Assembly (NCBI GenBank): GCA_964188305.1
Contig: OZ076885.1
DNA: 64,000 nt
Origin: Podarcis bocagei
Taxonomy: Eukaryota
Strand: one strand, 5' to 3'
Shown: positions 47,601 through 60,585 of the stretch, piece after piece
How positions within the stretch are numbered: position 1 is the stretch's first letter
Layout of the letters: the number at the start of each line of letters is the position of its first letter
Notes under the pieces: model-generated
Databases searched by the model: none
What the model was told of the DNA's origin: nothing
What the model saw: only the letters and a program-made list of their open reading frames with translations
Program-made: the position numbers and the translations under genes

Positions 47601-50600
47601 AAATAGTTAAATAAATATTTAATAATCAAATATTTACCCATCTATCATAATAGTATTAATAAGATTGGTTATACTTATCATTAGTAATTGTTCATATTAT
47701 TTTAACAGTTAAATAAAAGTTAACTATATTATTTTAAATAGACCTTTTAGACCTATATCAACAGAAATGTTGATATAGAAGGATCTCAAACACTACAGCT
47801 TTACAGGACTTATGGTTTGATGTAATTGGCTTAGCACTGCTGCCTCATCAAGGAAACTTCATGAGGGAACTGAGCTCCCATTATTTATTGTGACTGTGCC
47901 TCCTCATAGAAAGGCCTTTCTGTATAAGCACCTCACACAACTACTAGTCAAGTAGATTATTTGCTACTCATCTCACGGCTCCAAGACTGGGGTGGGGGGT
48001 GGGGTTAACAAAAGAAATGGGACCTGAATGCAACAGGTGCCTTGCTATCAAACTGTACTCTGCTTCTTACCCAGCATGTGGTTTTATGAGGCAGCACCAT
48101 CAGCCACCCTCTAGCTGCTACCAGCATGATTTCATACTTCTTGAGGACCATAATATACATGAAGCATGCTTTTGAACTAGACACTTTTGTTCAGAAGGAA
48201 AAGCTTCCATGCATGTAGGAGGAATTCAGTGCTTTCAATGTCTAGGGCAAGTCACCATCTCACAGCCTCAGTGATCCTGATGGAGTAAGCAAAATAAGAA
48301 AATAAGTACTTACCCTCCTTTCTTCCTGTTCCTCATCTTCAAAAGTGAAACACTGTGATTTCTGAGAATGAAACAGAGACAACAGTTATGTACTAGGAAA
48401 ATAAACTTACTCTAAAAGTGCAAAAGGAATTTTAAAGTGATAATCAACTGATTTCTTCTGAACACCTACAGCATGCAACTCCAGTGAACACTATAAAGCA
48501 GTGAGAAGTTAAGCAAGAAACATGCTTAAACTGATAAATTCATACTGAGGAGCATATGAAAGCTATGATACAGTGGTACCTCAGGTTACAGACGCTTCAG
48601 GTTACAGACTCCGCTAACCCAGAAATAGTACCTCGGGTTAAGAACTTTGCTTCAGGAAGAGAATAGAAATCATGCTCCAGTGGTGTGGCGGAAGCGAGAG
48701 GCCCCATTAGCTAAAGTGGTGCTTCACGTTAAGAACAGATTCAGCTTAAGAACGGACCTCCAGAATGAATTAAGTTCTTAACCCAAGGTACCACTGTATA
48801 AGGAAACTGTGCAGCTCTGAACAATTCTACTGTTTCATATAAGGCTATGCTGAAGAAAACATCAAAAGATACATAGGATGCAATTCTGAAGTAATATAAG
48901 ATGCAGAACAAAGCAAATTTGGGGTGCAGTCCTTAAAGTACTTGCATCTGGAAAGCCTTTTGAAGCCATTGAGGATGTGCTCAACAGAATCATTTGAACA
49001 ACACAAAAAAAAACCGGTTCTCCATTCTGATGTCTTCACGAGAAAATAACAATCTAATTAGTTTCTCTTGACTTTGGAACAAGAAGTTTCAATACATTAT
49101 TGTAGCCAATTTCTATTTGAGTAAAAATTCTTATGAGTCTGCAACATGGAAGACGGAAGAGGCAATTTTCTATAATTCTCCCTTCCTGCTGCAACCCCCT
49201 GCACTCTCTCTCATGCTTCTCTGGAGAGTCTTCCAACCTTCTAGAGCAGATTTTGTAAGGCATAAGGGACTGCAGGGGGAAAGTGAGGAAAGTTCCATTG
49301 CCCATTCATGAGATGCTCCTGCCAGCAAAAGAGGAATTCTGCTCAAGGGATGCTCCCACAAACAAGCCTAGTTATGATCCAAGTTTTTGTTTTTGGAATG
49401 TGTATATATGTCACTTATGCAAATCCCTAGCTAGCCACTACTGATCATATTGTTCAAAAGCATGTTACATGATTTGTTTCATCACAAGGAGCTTAATAAA
49501 CTAGAATGTACAGAACCTAGCATGTTAGGAGTGCCCAGTAAGGGTCACTTTAATCCTACACAGAATTAGAGACACTGAGCACTGAAAATATCTAGAGTCC
49601 ATTTTTAAAGTATGCTATGCATACTTAAAAAGTTGGAAACTTTGAATTAAATTCATAGGGTCATTTCAAAGCATACCTATTCAGTCTTGAGGTACCAGGA
49701 TACCGAGACATCCAAACATCAGCAAAAGATTAATTGTTATGCTAAGGCAAGTAGACAGCTGCCCATTCATCTCATACCACTGTGTTTTTTCCTTCCATTT
49801 ACACTGTATGAATCTAAAATCTTTAATTCAGTCCTACACTCTCCACATCTTGTTCTACTGAAATTAACTGTCCTGAGATAACCTTACAATCATTTTAAGT
49901 GAGGGTAGATAGTGACATTTTTTCCACAATGAAGTGGTAGGGGAGCACACAGGGCTCTAACCTGAATTGTCAACTACCACTCAAAAGATTGCTACATTCA
50001 AGGGCAATCCTCAGTACAAGATAGTTCACACAGCCCAGCCAGCTTTCCTGAAGGAAGAATACATGGGAAACTGTAAATAAGGACCTAAAATTCGAGTCCA
50101 TTTGCTTTTTAAAGTCTTCTAGATTCTTTTTTAATTTTATACTACTTTGTAAACATTTCATAATCACAATGTATTTTATTTTTTTAGCAGATTCATTTTT
50201 GCTATGTATGAAGATGATTCTCAAACAGACACAGGTAAATCACTATTGACAGGTCTTGTTGACACTCATCTATGCACATTTCAAAATCATGTTCACCTCT
50301 CTCTCATTGCTATCATATAGAAAGGAAATGGAATACTAAGATTCCAAATTTAGGAATGATTTAACAATGCATTTTGGCTGTATGAAGAGGATTTCTTTAA
50401 TGGTCAGGAGGCCTTATGCTTCAGATCTTGCAATATGTTTTATTAGCAGCAGCAATGGTTTCTGAAACTCTGTTCTATGGTACTCTGTGCTTCCTTGAAA
50501 ACCTATCAAGGGATCCACAATAGTTTTAATTTATTAGATATGTATTTCACTTTTGGCTTGGAGTCCTCAGAGTGGCTCACATTCCACTTGGGAAGATACG

Positions 50601-53265
50601 GGGAGGGGGGAGGATGAAGAACAACATTATCAATGAGAATACAGTGGTACCTCTGGTTATGAACTTAATTTGTTCCGGAGGTCTGTTCTTAACCTGAAAC
50701 TGTTCTTAACCTGAGGTACCACTTAAGCTAATGGGGCCTCCCACAGACCCGCTGCCACTGCACCACCGGCACGTGATTTCTGTTCTCATCCTGGGGCAAA
50801 GTTCTTAACCCGAGGTATTACTGTCCTACTTCCGGGTTAGTAGAGTCTGTAACCCGAAGTGTTTGTAACCCAAGGTGTTTGTAACCTTAGGTACCACTGT
50901 ATTGGTAATGATGGGCAAGCTTCTCTGAAAGACAGCCCTGCCCACTGAATCATACACTGTTTGCTATTGCAGACAAACAACTAAACCATATTTTGTACCA
51001 TCTTGTTTTGCTGGGGTAAGGAGGAGGGAGAGATACAGGAAGAACGGCCTATTACTACCTGAGTTGATTATGACTGTAGTTTTCAGATTTTCTACTTTCA
51101 GGGAAACCCACGCTAACTTTGCTGAAGGGAAACCCCTACAATGTAGAATATTATGATGCATGTCCTAAGATGGGCAGTCCATTCATGCAGCGCTCTAAGG
51201 CAGCCTACCGGATCTCATCATTGCCCTCTGGGAATTAAAAACACACTCTAGAACACACTAATGCATCCCTTCAGCTTTACATTGCAATGGAAGATCAGCA
51301 ATGGTGGGCAAGCCATTCTTCAGGAAATCTTGCCCACCATTCTTGATCTTCTGATTGCAGGATTCCTAATAAGTTTCCAAGGATCTCATGGGTTTCCCAC
51401 ACTACCGTTCAAAAACTCCTAGCAATATCTTGGTTTTGGTTTCATATTCTCCCGAGTGGCAAATATTCCTTCTCAACATCAAACAGAGATCACTCATGTG
51501 TCGAAGAAACAAAGTTCTACAGCCTTTGCTGCTGCTTCATATACCGTCTGATTTATATGCAAACATCATTAAGAAAAAGAAAAATGAAATTCACATAATT
51601 GTTCCCTCAGTTGTTGAATAAGCCTACTAGTTGCACTCGACTCACTGGTAGCTGCTTGGCAGTAACAGCTGAGAAGTGGAGCACAAATGTCACTGTTAGG
51701 TATATAGCTTTTATATTATATTTTATATAGCCTAATAATTTTTTTGGGTAAAAACTAAGAAGTTTTTGGTAAGCATGACTTTTGCTTTATCTGCTGTGAT
51801 TCCTCTTATGGAGTTCCCTCTCATGAATTCTTAAAATATCTCAGCATTAAACTATTTCCATACTGAGAGACCACAGTGAAGCATTTCTGGGTGCTCAGAG
51901 AATGGCAGTCGCTCTTCCAAACACTGATTGAGAAACACCAAAAGGTTGCCTTTCTGTTTACAAAGCTCTTGTTCTCTAAACTTCCAGGTAGAATATTGAT
52001 TTTCTCTATCCAAAATCGCCTACAAATGCATACATACAGTACATACACATATATCCTGAATGGAGTTCTAAAGGTTTAAACCTTTTTCTCTGCTAATGAA
52101 GCTGATATTTTATCTACCAGTCTCTGCTTTATTCATGTTGTCATTGCTACAGCTGGAATCTTTGCCACAGCAAAACAAGGGGAAGGCTCAGCAGTGGAGC
52201 ACAAGCTCTTAATGCAAAAGTTCCCAGGTTCATTTCCCAGCATCTCTAATTAAAAAGCATCTCAGGTCAGGCCTTGGGAAGACCTCTGGCCGAGGCTTCG
52301 TTGTGAGCTGAAGTAAACAAATGCTGGATTAAAGACCAATGATCTGACACAGTGTAAGACGATTTCCTATGCAAATAAATACATGCAGTTTGCCAACTCA
52401 TTTATTTTTCCTCTGAGGAAATACCTTTTGTGCTACATATAAAATGTGCTGCCTTGCTTATTTCCCACCTAGCTTGAAGGTCTACCACAAGGGGAGTCAC
52501 ATAGATATGTAAACCAAAAGTATTCCTGATGCAACTGCCTGTAAATTAATGACACATTCACAGGAGCTTGATTCCAAGTTCTCAGATATGATTATCATTG
52601 AAGTATCTTGTTCTTGTGTCATTTTGAAACAAATCTAATGGTTAGTGCCTTAGACTGCTTGTTCTCACCATGTTCATTGTTTTTCCTCTCTTCCCCATCA
52701 GTTTTCAAATGGCATATCTATGGCAATCCCTTCATTAAGAGATTTTTTAATTATCTAAAATTGCACACCGCATAGTAGTTCTATTCCACATACAGCTCCT
52801 CCTGGGGCTGCCTGTTTGTTAATACCACACATCTGCTTGCCACATAAAGCTCCTTCTTTCCCTTCTGCTCTCCAAAATCCGTCCTTCACTGCTAACATCG
52901 ATTTTTCCAACACGTCTGACTCTGGCCAAAGCAACACAAGCTCCCCATTACATACAGGAAAAAAGGGAGAGTGCAGTCACAAACAATCAATATGCAAAAG
53001 ACCTACTCTTTGCAAAGGCAAAAAGATACTTGCCCGCAGAGGTTAACAACATTTTGTTGAAGCAATGCAGGCAGATGTAACTGAAGGCAGCTTATGGGGA
53101 ACGGCATCAAAGCACCAGCACAGATTCTCCAGCTGATCCTTCCGACTGATATCAGCCAAACAAGTTCCAATGAATACTCACCTCCTGGTTGTAGATCTGC
53201 AGCACCTTGAGAATAGTATCTTGCTCCCCACTTTCGACAGTCTCTAGCACAGTCCGGAGCGCCAT
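35648..53265 (-). CDS. RIC8A: Synembryn-A / Ric-8A G-alpha GEF and chaperone, 544 aa
   Basis: Exons 53182-53265 ([28 protein letters not shown]), 48314-48361, 45261-45875, 43749-43843, 42897-43047, 42091-42186, 41602-41746, 39655-39799, 38394-38513 and 35648-35783 (1635 nt, phases consistent). Motifs [59 protein letters not shown] and [14 protein letters not shown]. Its position between SIRT3 and BET1L supports the A paralog. Minus-strand AATAAA at about 34530-34535. Confidence 0.96.
40263..41156 (+). mobile_element. Tc1/mariner-type non-autonomous element with internal 60-bp hairpin minisatellite
   Basis: TA-CAGTGGTGCCCCGCAAGACGAA...TTCGTCTTGCGAGGCACCACTG-TA, in RIC8A intron 7. Confidence 0.88.
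40441..40800. repeat. 60-bp tandem repeat, 6 near-identical units, each self-complementary
   Basis: Unit GGAAGGCTCCTCCGAAGGCTGGCGGTGGGGCGGAAAGCCCTTCTCCCCGCGCCAGCCTTC, aligned line by line from 40441 to 40800. Confidence 0.95.
42380..42516. mobile_element. hAT MITE (ggactacaattcccatc family)
   Basis: TIRs CAGGCACCCCCAACCT / AGGTTGGGGATGCCTG, palindromic body, TSD GAGTAGAT on both sides. Confidence 0.85.
42525..42697. mobile_element. Second hAT MITE
   Basis: TIRs CATAGGCATAGCCAG / CTGGCTCCACCCATG, TSD GAGTAGAT on both sides. Confidence 0.8.
43388..43580. mobile_element. GC-rich repeat, probable non-autonomous DNA transposon remnant
   Basis: Abrupt CpG-rich island starting CAGTGGCGAAGC, with short repeats (gtcccaggggcgtggc) inside an AT-rich intron. 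The right end is unclear. Confidence 0.4.
46637..46990 (+). mobile_element. Sauria SINE (Squam1)
   Basis: aaggtaaagggacccctgaccattaggtcc...ccgggtcatgtggccagcatgactaagccgc...gtacctatttatctacttgcact...tgctaggttggcaggagc...cagcgccacc. Orientation is given relative to the other copies. Confidence 0.85.
48571..48796 (+). mobile_element. Tc1/mariner MITE (family of 506-730)
   Basis: TA-CAGTGGTACCTCAGGTTA...AAGGTACCACTG-TA. Confidence 0.85.
50642..50899 (-). mobile_element. Tc1/mariner MITE (family of 506-730), inverted
   Basis: TA-CAGTGGTACCTC...AGGTACCACTG-TA. The body is the reverse complement of 48571-48796. Confidence 0.85.
52185..52350 (+). mobile_element. Old tRNA-derived SINE remnant
   Basis: gctcagcagtggagcac...tcccaggttcatttcccagcatctc (degenerate A/B boxes). 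Similar remnants at about 23930-24060 and 36230-36295. Confidence 0.45.
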
Positions 53266-56200
53266 TGCTCCACGGTGTGGAGGTGGCCTGGAGTGCTGTA
53301 AAGTGTGGCAAGCGGCTTTGCAGTCTGGCTGGATAATTACAGATGCGCAGGGCCCTAATCACACAGCTGAGGAGGAGATGAGGAAAGCAAATGAGACTGC
53401 CCACTTCAATATGCCCAAAGCACAGAGCAGATGGATGATCCTAGTAAAACCAGCCAGCAGCTCACTCGCTCTCTCACACTAATCCTCTTCCCTCACTGAG
53501 CTTTGCAGCTTTTAAAAAATGCCCTCCCAGCAAAGCACCTACAAAAGCCTCCCCCTCCCCCAGTCTGAGGATTACCTCAGAAGGGATGCTGCAACTCCCT
53601 GAAATAGCCTCCCTCCTCCAACTGTCCTGGTTTCTGTTACAGCACAGAAAAACCTAGAACCATCCCAGTGATATATTTTAAAAATGTACATAGCACAATA
53701 TAGGCAGACATACACACTCCCCCATCTAGGTTAAGGTGGCAAAATCATTTGTCAGGTTTCCACAGATCTGAGTATCTTTTAAATTGACTCCCGTTAGATC
53801 CAAATACATGAACCTGGTTAAATGTATCATCTGTATTCAATTACCACAGAGTAACAAACATGGCAACTGTTTAAAGGATGTGTGGCCATGTTTGTTTCCC
53901 TCCAGTGGTCTTTCTAATCACAGCACATGATGTCAGCACACAGTGACAGGGTGAGGGAGATCAGCAGACCATGCACACAAGCTGGGTGAGGCAACAAGAA
54001 GTCCATGCCTGTCCCATCTTGAGAGTGCTCAGCCTTATAATCAAGTGCATTCCATTTACAGTATAGAATCCATCCTGGCCTTCATAACTAAAATGCTAAT
54101 CATGATGATATATGTCTCTTCCTGCAAGTTGCAAATTATGTGCAAGCCAGAATTACAGAAGACTGATAACATTCCCAGAATGCCACGAGTTGTACTATCT
54201 AAGAGTCACGTCTCATTTTTAGAGGTGCCTGACCTTCACACTTTACATGTGTACTGAGGAAAACACTACCCAGCTGCCACAAAGTGTGAAATTGCTGTGA
54301 GCTACAGCTTACATTGACATAATTAAATACTTGCTATGAGTTCTTTGCAAACCAGCAAAGAGTATGGCACAGAACAACATCCAAATAAAGAACTAAGAGA
54401 TACGATGCTATATATTTATGACCAGATACAGACAGGCATTGTCAATTCTGGCACAGCACCACCATTCTTGGATCCATAAATGCTTCATCTTATAAGAATT
54501 CAGCTGTCTTTTATACAAAATTTAATCAGCTCTCAGAGCTACAGGCATTGGAACAGTGGGGTATGTATGTGTGGAGACTGAGATGTAAACATAACCAGAG
54601 TATTAGAAACAAACTGCATGAAAATAAGCAGCCTTCTGTACACATAGTTAATGCACGTCCCTACCAAGGGCCAATCACGCAACTAGTTCCTCGCAACTGG
54701 AGCTGGATCAAGGTCTCTATCGCTAAATCCCTGAAATCTTGTGGGGAATGTGGGCTTGTATGTTTTCCTGTATTCTCTTTTAAACAATGTACAAAAAGTT
54801 TTATGCCAGTTCTTTAACAATAAAATTGTCCCCTGATTTCTCCAAGCACCCTGGTAGATTTGTCTGGGGCCATTTGTCCCAAACTGGGTCCATTTGTCTC
54901 AAGTACAAATTGCGATTTGGCATACTGTTATTCAACTCCTATTAGGAAGGTTTGCAATGGAGTGGAAACATGAATTTTGTGTTTACAACAAATAATTCAG
55001 ACCATCTTTTGCCATAAGGTGTAACCCATTTTCTAAGGGAACTAAAAAGGAAAATATAGAATCATGGCATAAATTAGCTCTTAATTGCAAAACAGTTTTT
55101 TGACATCAAGCATTGTCAACAAGTGAAAGTTTATCAAAGAATGAGGCCAATAGCTCAACTGATTGTATGAGTTAGCTTGTAACAGCTTGCGAAACAGATC
55201 ACTTCCTTTATCTTATATAGACTTGTGATAATCTGAAACAAAAGCAAAACATTTTTAATAAGGTATATACCTTGAAATAGGAAACATCTGGCAGTACTTG
55301 CTACAATGATTGTAGTTAGCACTTCCACTACAGGTCCACACACATGCAAGGATTTTGTAATTTAGAAACAGCCATATCAGTTTATTTTTCACCCATTTCC
55401 AGTGCACACACTGGAAAAAAGATCAGCATCAAACAGAATATGCAAACCTTTGTATATGAATGAAAATGTAAAGCTGAAGTCAGACCTGTTTCTGTTTAGG
55501 CAAGCCATATATACATAGGTTATGTTAATCTTTTAAACTCCATCAAAGCCTACTGCCATCCACATCCCTCTGGAAAACATTCACAAGCTGGGGGAAATGT
55601 AAAATATCCCATTAACCTATATCCCAGCCTGTCATCCAACATGCAAGCTACAGGACAGACTCCAAAATGGTTTAAAATAATATTGTTTATATATCCATTT
55701 TTTTCTTTTTTAAAAAAGAGCAAAAAAATCATTTTCACTATAAATTCATGCCTAGCTAGTCCTACTAACCTGAATTCAGAAATTTAAAAACCAAACTAAT
55801 CAGAGGGTGAGGGGAAAATATTACCTTCTTTTTAGTTAAGCTGCCTTTTGTGTGTGCAGTTTTCGATCAGACTTCCTGCTTCATTTCCTGAAAACAGCAA
55901 CTCTCCCTCCTTCCCCCAACCCTACCAAATGCAGTTTTCAAGAGCAGGCAGCGGCTTTGTTGTCATTCTGCTAGAAATCCTGCTAGCAGAAAACAGAGGG
56001 CGCAGTGGGGAACCACAATGCTGGGCTGCTCATCCAGAGACTGTAGAAGAGAAAGAACAGGAGGTCTCTTGGGAATTCCACCCCTTTCAGTAACTGTCTT
56101 CAGGCTGATGGGAAATGGTGAATGCAAAACCATACGGGAAGTGAGAAATCATGGAACAGAGCAAATGATTGGCTACAGTCAACTCTTGGCTTTGCTCCCC

Positions 56201-56944
56201 AGGCAGCAGTCAGAAATGGCAAACCAGCATCCACAGATTGGATATCCAAAGGGTAAAAAAGAAATCACCTGGATTTTGTTTTACTCTTGGAGATAACAGA
56301 CTTATAGAAACCCTTAACCCAGCTTTTTATTTCAGAGTCCTATTTTGATTCTAGATAGATAATACTTTAATCTTCTGTAATGGTACTTACAGAAGCTTGT
56401 ATCCTCTTACTATTATTGTTTTAAGATTTTGGCGTTTGTCACCCTGGAGTCCTTTGAGATGAAGGCTGGGGTAGAAATTTAATAAATAATGACATGGATT
56501 AATGAGGTAGGAATAACTGCTACATCATTGTTCTACATAAATATTGATCTAGATTCTAGACAAACACTTAAATGTATCACTCTTCTATGTATAAGCATAA
56601 AAAGTCAATTGTACCAATATTTAACTACCCTCGCTCCAGGGGGGCAACTTGTATAAAATATTGGGGGGGGGAAGGTAATCAATCACATGATGCAGTGCAT
56701 GCACACCATTTGAGGGCTGGCCCCCTCAAATATTTTATTGGGGTGGCCGAATACCCCTTGCCCTCTAGGAGTTTGCGCCTATGCCTCTCTCTATGATTAT
56801 TACACTAAGGGAAAAGTAATCCATATTATCTGTTCCTATCTACGGTATGTGTTTCGGTTAGTTAAAATGTCATTTTAGACTACTTTCTTGAATGAGTTCA
56901 CTAACTTCAGTTCCACAAGGGATTTACCTCTGAGTAACTCCCCT

Positions 56945-57187
56945 TTGTCCCAGCTCCTGCCAACCTAGCAGTTTGAAAGCACACCAGCATGAGTAGATAC
57001 GCTCTGGCACTCATCATGGTGTTCTGTGCGCCAGAAGCGTTTAGTCATGCTCGCCACATGACCTGGGAAAGCTGTCTGCAGACAAACGCCGGATCCTTCA
57101 GCCTGAAAGCAAAGATGAGCATCACACCCCATAGTCGAATTCAACTGGACTTAACCATCCAGGGGTCCTTCACGTTATCTTTACCTA
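56945..57187 (-). mobile_element. Sauria SINE, diverged and truncated, inverted
   Basis: ctcctgccaacctagcagtttgaaagcac...gtcatgct.gccacatgacc...aggggtcc..tttacct is the reverse complement of the Sauria SINE body. Confidence 0.7.
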
Positions 57188-57717
57188 AACATTTATTTAT
57201 TTAAAATAGTTGCAGGCTGCCTTTCTAGTAAAGAAACTGCTAATTTTATCAAATAAATGTCTTTGAGCACATGCAAGCAGAGCAAGTAAACATCTTGTTG
57301 CTGTGTTATGAATAATTACCATAGGTGCACCAACTCTGCATGTGATTACACTGTAAGCCATCACAACACAAAGTTATCTGGCCCCTCAACATGAGGATCA
57401 TCCTTGCTCCTGGTGTGTTGGTAAGTGCTTTTGGACAAGACTGGACTTGCCCCTTATAAATGTATTTGGGCTTTCAGCCAGAATCCCATTCCCTTCAAAG
57501 GAACTTAAGCAACTTGCATGCAGGATGCCAGCCTTAATTACCAATTATTCTTTTGGAGTTATATACCAGTTCTTGGCAATGTATTGTATCCAGTACAAGA
57601 AAATTAGTGTCCGGTATATTTAACCTGAAGAAAAACACATGAAGAAATTAGATGAACTGGAAGAACTAACATACTCATAAATTGTTTACATACGCAAACA
57701 AGTTTCTGTAAGCTATT

Positions 57718-57940
57718 AGGTAAAGGGACCCCTGACCATTAGGTCCAGTCGTGAATGACTCTGGGGTTGCAGCGCTCATCTTGCTTTATTGGCCAAGGGA
57801 GCCAGCGTGCACCTTCCGGGTCATGTGGCCAGCATGACTAAGCCGCTTCTGGCGAACCAAAGCAGCACACAGAAATGCCGTTTACCTTCCCGCTGGAGCG
57901 GTACCTATTTATCTACTTGCACTTTGACGTGCTTTTGAAG
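57718..57940 (+). mobile_element. Sauria SINE, truncated
   Basis: Near-identical to 46637-46860. Confidence 0.85.
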
Positions 57941-58129
57941 TGCACAAAACCTGGAAGGTATGAGTGTGGTGGCATAAAAATGTCACACTTTAGCATTTGG
58001 TTTGCCAAACGCTCCAAGGCTCACTTGGAAGAATAAATAATCTTATAGACTTGCACTGTTCAAGAAAAAAGGGCGAGGAAGGAGTGCCACCTTTTCCTCT
58101 AAACGACTTCTTGCCCTTTTAACACCTGT

Positions 58130-58700
58130 GCGACACGAATTCAGCCAACGAGCCTTTGTCGCAACCCACTAGAAGCCAGAGCGGGCCCCTTACATGGCAA
58201 TCCTGCCCGAGGCCGTGGACCATCCAAGTCGTTCCCGAATAACAAGGGCGACGAGGCCTCCGCAAGAACAGCCTGAGGCCGCCTCCCTCTCCAGCCGAGG
58301 GGAGGGCTGACAGGAGGGGACGCTGCGGCCGAGGGGGGAGTTTCCTCGGCTAGCCGAGCCTTCCCCGCCGCCGCCGCCGCTGCTCCTCCTCCTGCTCTCT
58401 GTGGGCGGAGCGGGACACGAAGGCAGGAAGCGGCCATGGCGGACTGGGGGCGAGGTGAGAGCGCGGAAGAGGATGGCGAGGGGGCGCCTGAGCGGGAGCG
58501 GGAGCGGGTGGCGGCGGCGGCGCTGCCTTCCCTCAGGAGAACGGGGCTCGGGGCGCCGTTGCTCCGGCTCGTCGCGCTGCCTCAGGACCTCCGTGGCCTG
58601 TGCTGGGGGTGGGGGACGGGGAACAAAGGAGGCATTCTGATCCTCCCCAGGTCACAGTTGCCACCTTCCCCCCTGCTCCGGGCTGCTGTGTCTTCTGTAG
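58130..58700. promoter_or_regulatory. CpG island at the BET1L start (probably bidirectional with RIC8A)
   Basis: CpG/GC-rich, (GCC)n tract, GC box GGGCGG and CAGGAAG ETS-like motif just upstream of the BET1L ATG. Confidence 0.8.
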
Positions 58701-60585
58701 TTGACTGACAGGCAAGGACGTGGCAGCTGTTTTGCCCATGCTTTGCCAGTGTGGCTTTCTGTTGTGGTGGAGGAATGGACTCTTCCCCGCTCGCAGGGCA
58801 TTTGTGTGTGTGTCTGCAGTGTGGGGTAACACCCCACACTAGCAAGTGGGGAGCCTACTGTGCCCTGTGATAGTGAAAATAGGCTTTGGAGTGAGCTGGG
58901 GGAAGGTCTTCAAAATAACCACACATTTTACCATATTTTGTTGTTGTTGTTTAGTCGTGTCCGACTCTTCGTGACCCCATGAACCAGAGCACGCCAGCAC
59001 TCCTGTCTTCCACTGCCTCCCGCAGTATTACCTTTTGTTTTAACAGCTGTTATGTTTTAGCTGCACTAAGTGGCATAATTATTTTATCTTCATTTCAGGT
59101 CAGAATGCCAATGCTGTGGATGATATGTTAGATGTGGAAAATAAGCGTATGACCGAAAACCTAGCCTCCAAAGTCACCCGGCTAAAATCGGTTTGTAGAT
59201 TACTTACTTTACTTGGGGCTCATCCACACTTACCTTTTGCCCTGTGTTTTCTAGGCACAGGGCTGTGCTTTGAAATGTCATCACTGAACATGTTTTCTTT
59301 CTCTTGCCCTGGTGCTTTCCCATCGAAAACTTGCTCTTTCACGCTGAATCAGAACAAATGGAAATTTGTGGCATTTGGGCAAAAAGGAAGTCTGGATGAG
59401 CCCTTGCTCTTTGATTGCTGTCTTGCTCTCCAGAAGACTTTGGTCTTTGAGGGTTTTTGTTTTTGTCCCCACCCCCCCTTGTATTTAGTAATATACAGAG
59501 AATTTCTCAGGAGCAAATGATATTCTTGTTTGCAGTTTTATTAGTTCTTTCCGAAAGTTGTCTAGGTATCAATAACTGCTTCATTCTGTGTTTTCAATAG
59601 CTTGCACTGGACATTGACAAAGATGCTGAGGATCAAAATCACTACTTGGATGGCATGGTAAGCAACTGTTTGCACACTTTAAGAATTACTGATGAAGCTC
59701 AGCATGAGCAAACAGGACAATTAGTTTGCATTGAAACATATTTCTGTACAGAGAAGAAATCACCCACAAGTCTATTGGTGTAAGTCGCTCTGTTCCAGAG
59801 AGTTAATGTGTTTTAGCCTGCCTTTATACTTCTGGGACATGCTCATGCACACGTATCTTTTTTTCCTTTCCAAGAGGGACCAAACTTGTTGGTCTTCTGT
59901 TGGTAGTGATTCCCAGAGAAACTGGTGTTCAGTGATCTGGTATCTAATGGCAAATATGCTGTGAAACTATTTTATGCAGTAAAATTGAGGTTCGTGTCAA
60001 ATATTCTGAATTTCTTATGCAAGAAGTACCTGAATGAACAAGTGTGCAAACCTTGTGTGGACCTTGCAAAGACTACCACATGTTATAATGATCACATAGA
60101 AGTCTTATTTTCTCACTGGGTTATCGCAAGGATAAATGAGATCAAAATATGCACGCAGTAAAGTCATTTAAAATTGTTATTGACAAGGTCAAATCTTGAA
60201 TTTCACTAGTGTATTTTGCTGGTGTGGGATCTGAGCACATGTGTCTGCATTTGTTTGGGTTTTCTTTTTAAATATTAACAGTATTAAATTGGAATTCAAT
60301 TAACTGAGTTAAATATATTTCTCTCACTGAAATATGCCATATGTGTATATAATCATGTTGCTTCTTTCAGTAAGCAATGTCTTCTAAATACCTTATTATT
60401 TCTACTCTTGGCATTAGGATTCCGATTTCATGAGTGTGACAGGCCTTCTGACGGGGAGTGTGAAGCGTTTCTCCACTATGACCCGGTCGGGAAGAGACAA
60501 TCGTAAACTTCTTTGCTACGTCTCTGCTGGACTGATTGTAGTCTTCTTCATCCTCTATTATTTGGTTACAAGAGCACGGACTTGA
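58436..60585 (+). CDS. BET1L: BET1-like Golgi SNARE (GS15), 111 aa
   Basis: Exons 58436-58454, 59099-59190, 59601-59657 and 60418-60585 (336 nt). Protein MADWGRGQNANAVDDMLDVENKRMTENLASKVTRLKSLALDIDKDAEDQNHYLDGMDSDFMSVTGLLTGSVKRFSTMTRSGRDNRKLLCYVSAGLIVVFFILYYLVTRART*. AATAAA at about 61883. Confidence 0.96.
58938..59025 (-). mobile_element. RTE/BovB-like LINE 3' terminus with (CAA)n tail
   Basis: ttgttgttgttgtttagtcgtgtccgactcttcgtgaccccatg..ccagagcacgccag is the characteristic BovB-type 3' end in reverse. Confidence 0.75.
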
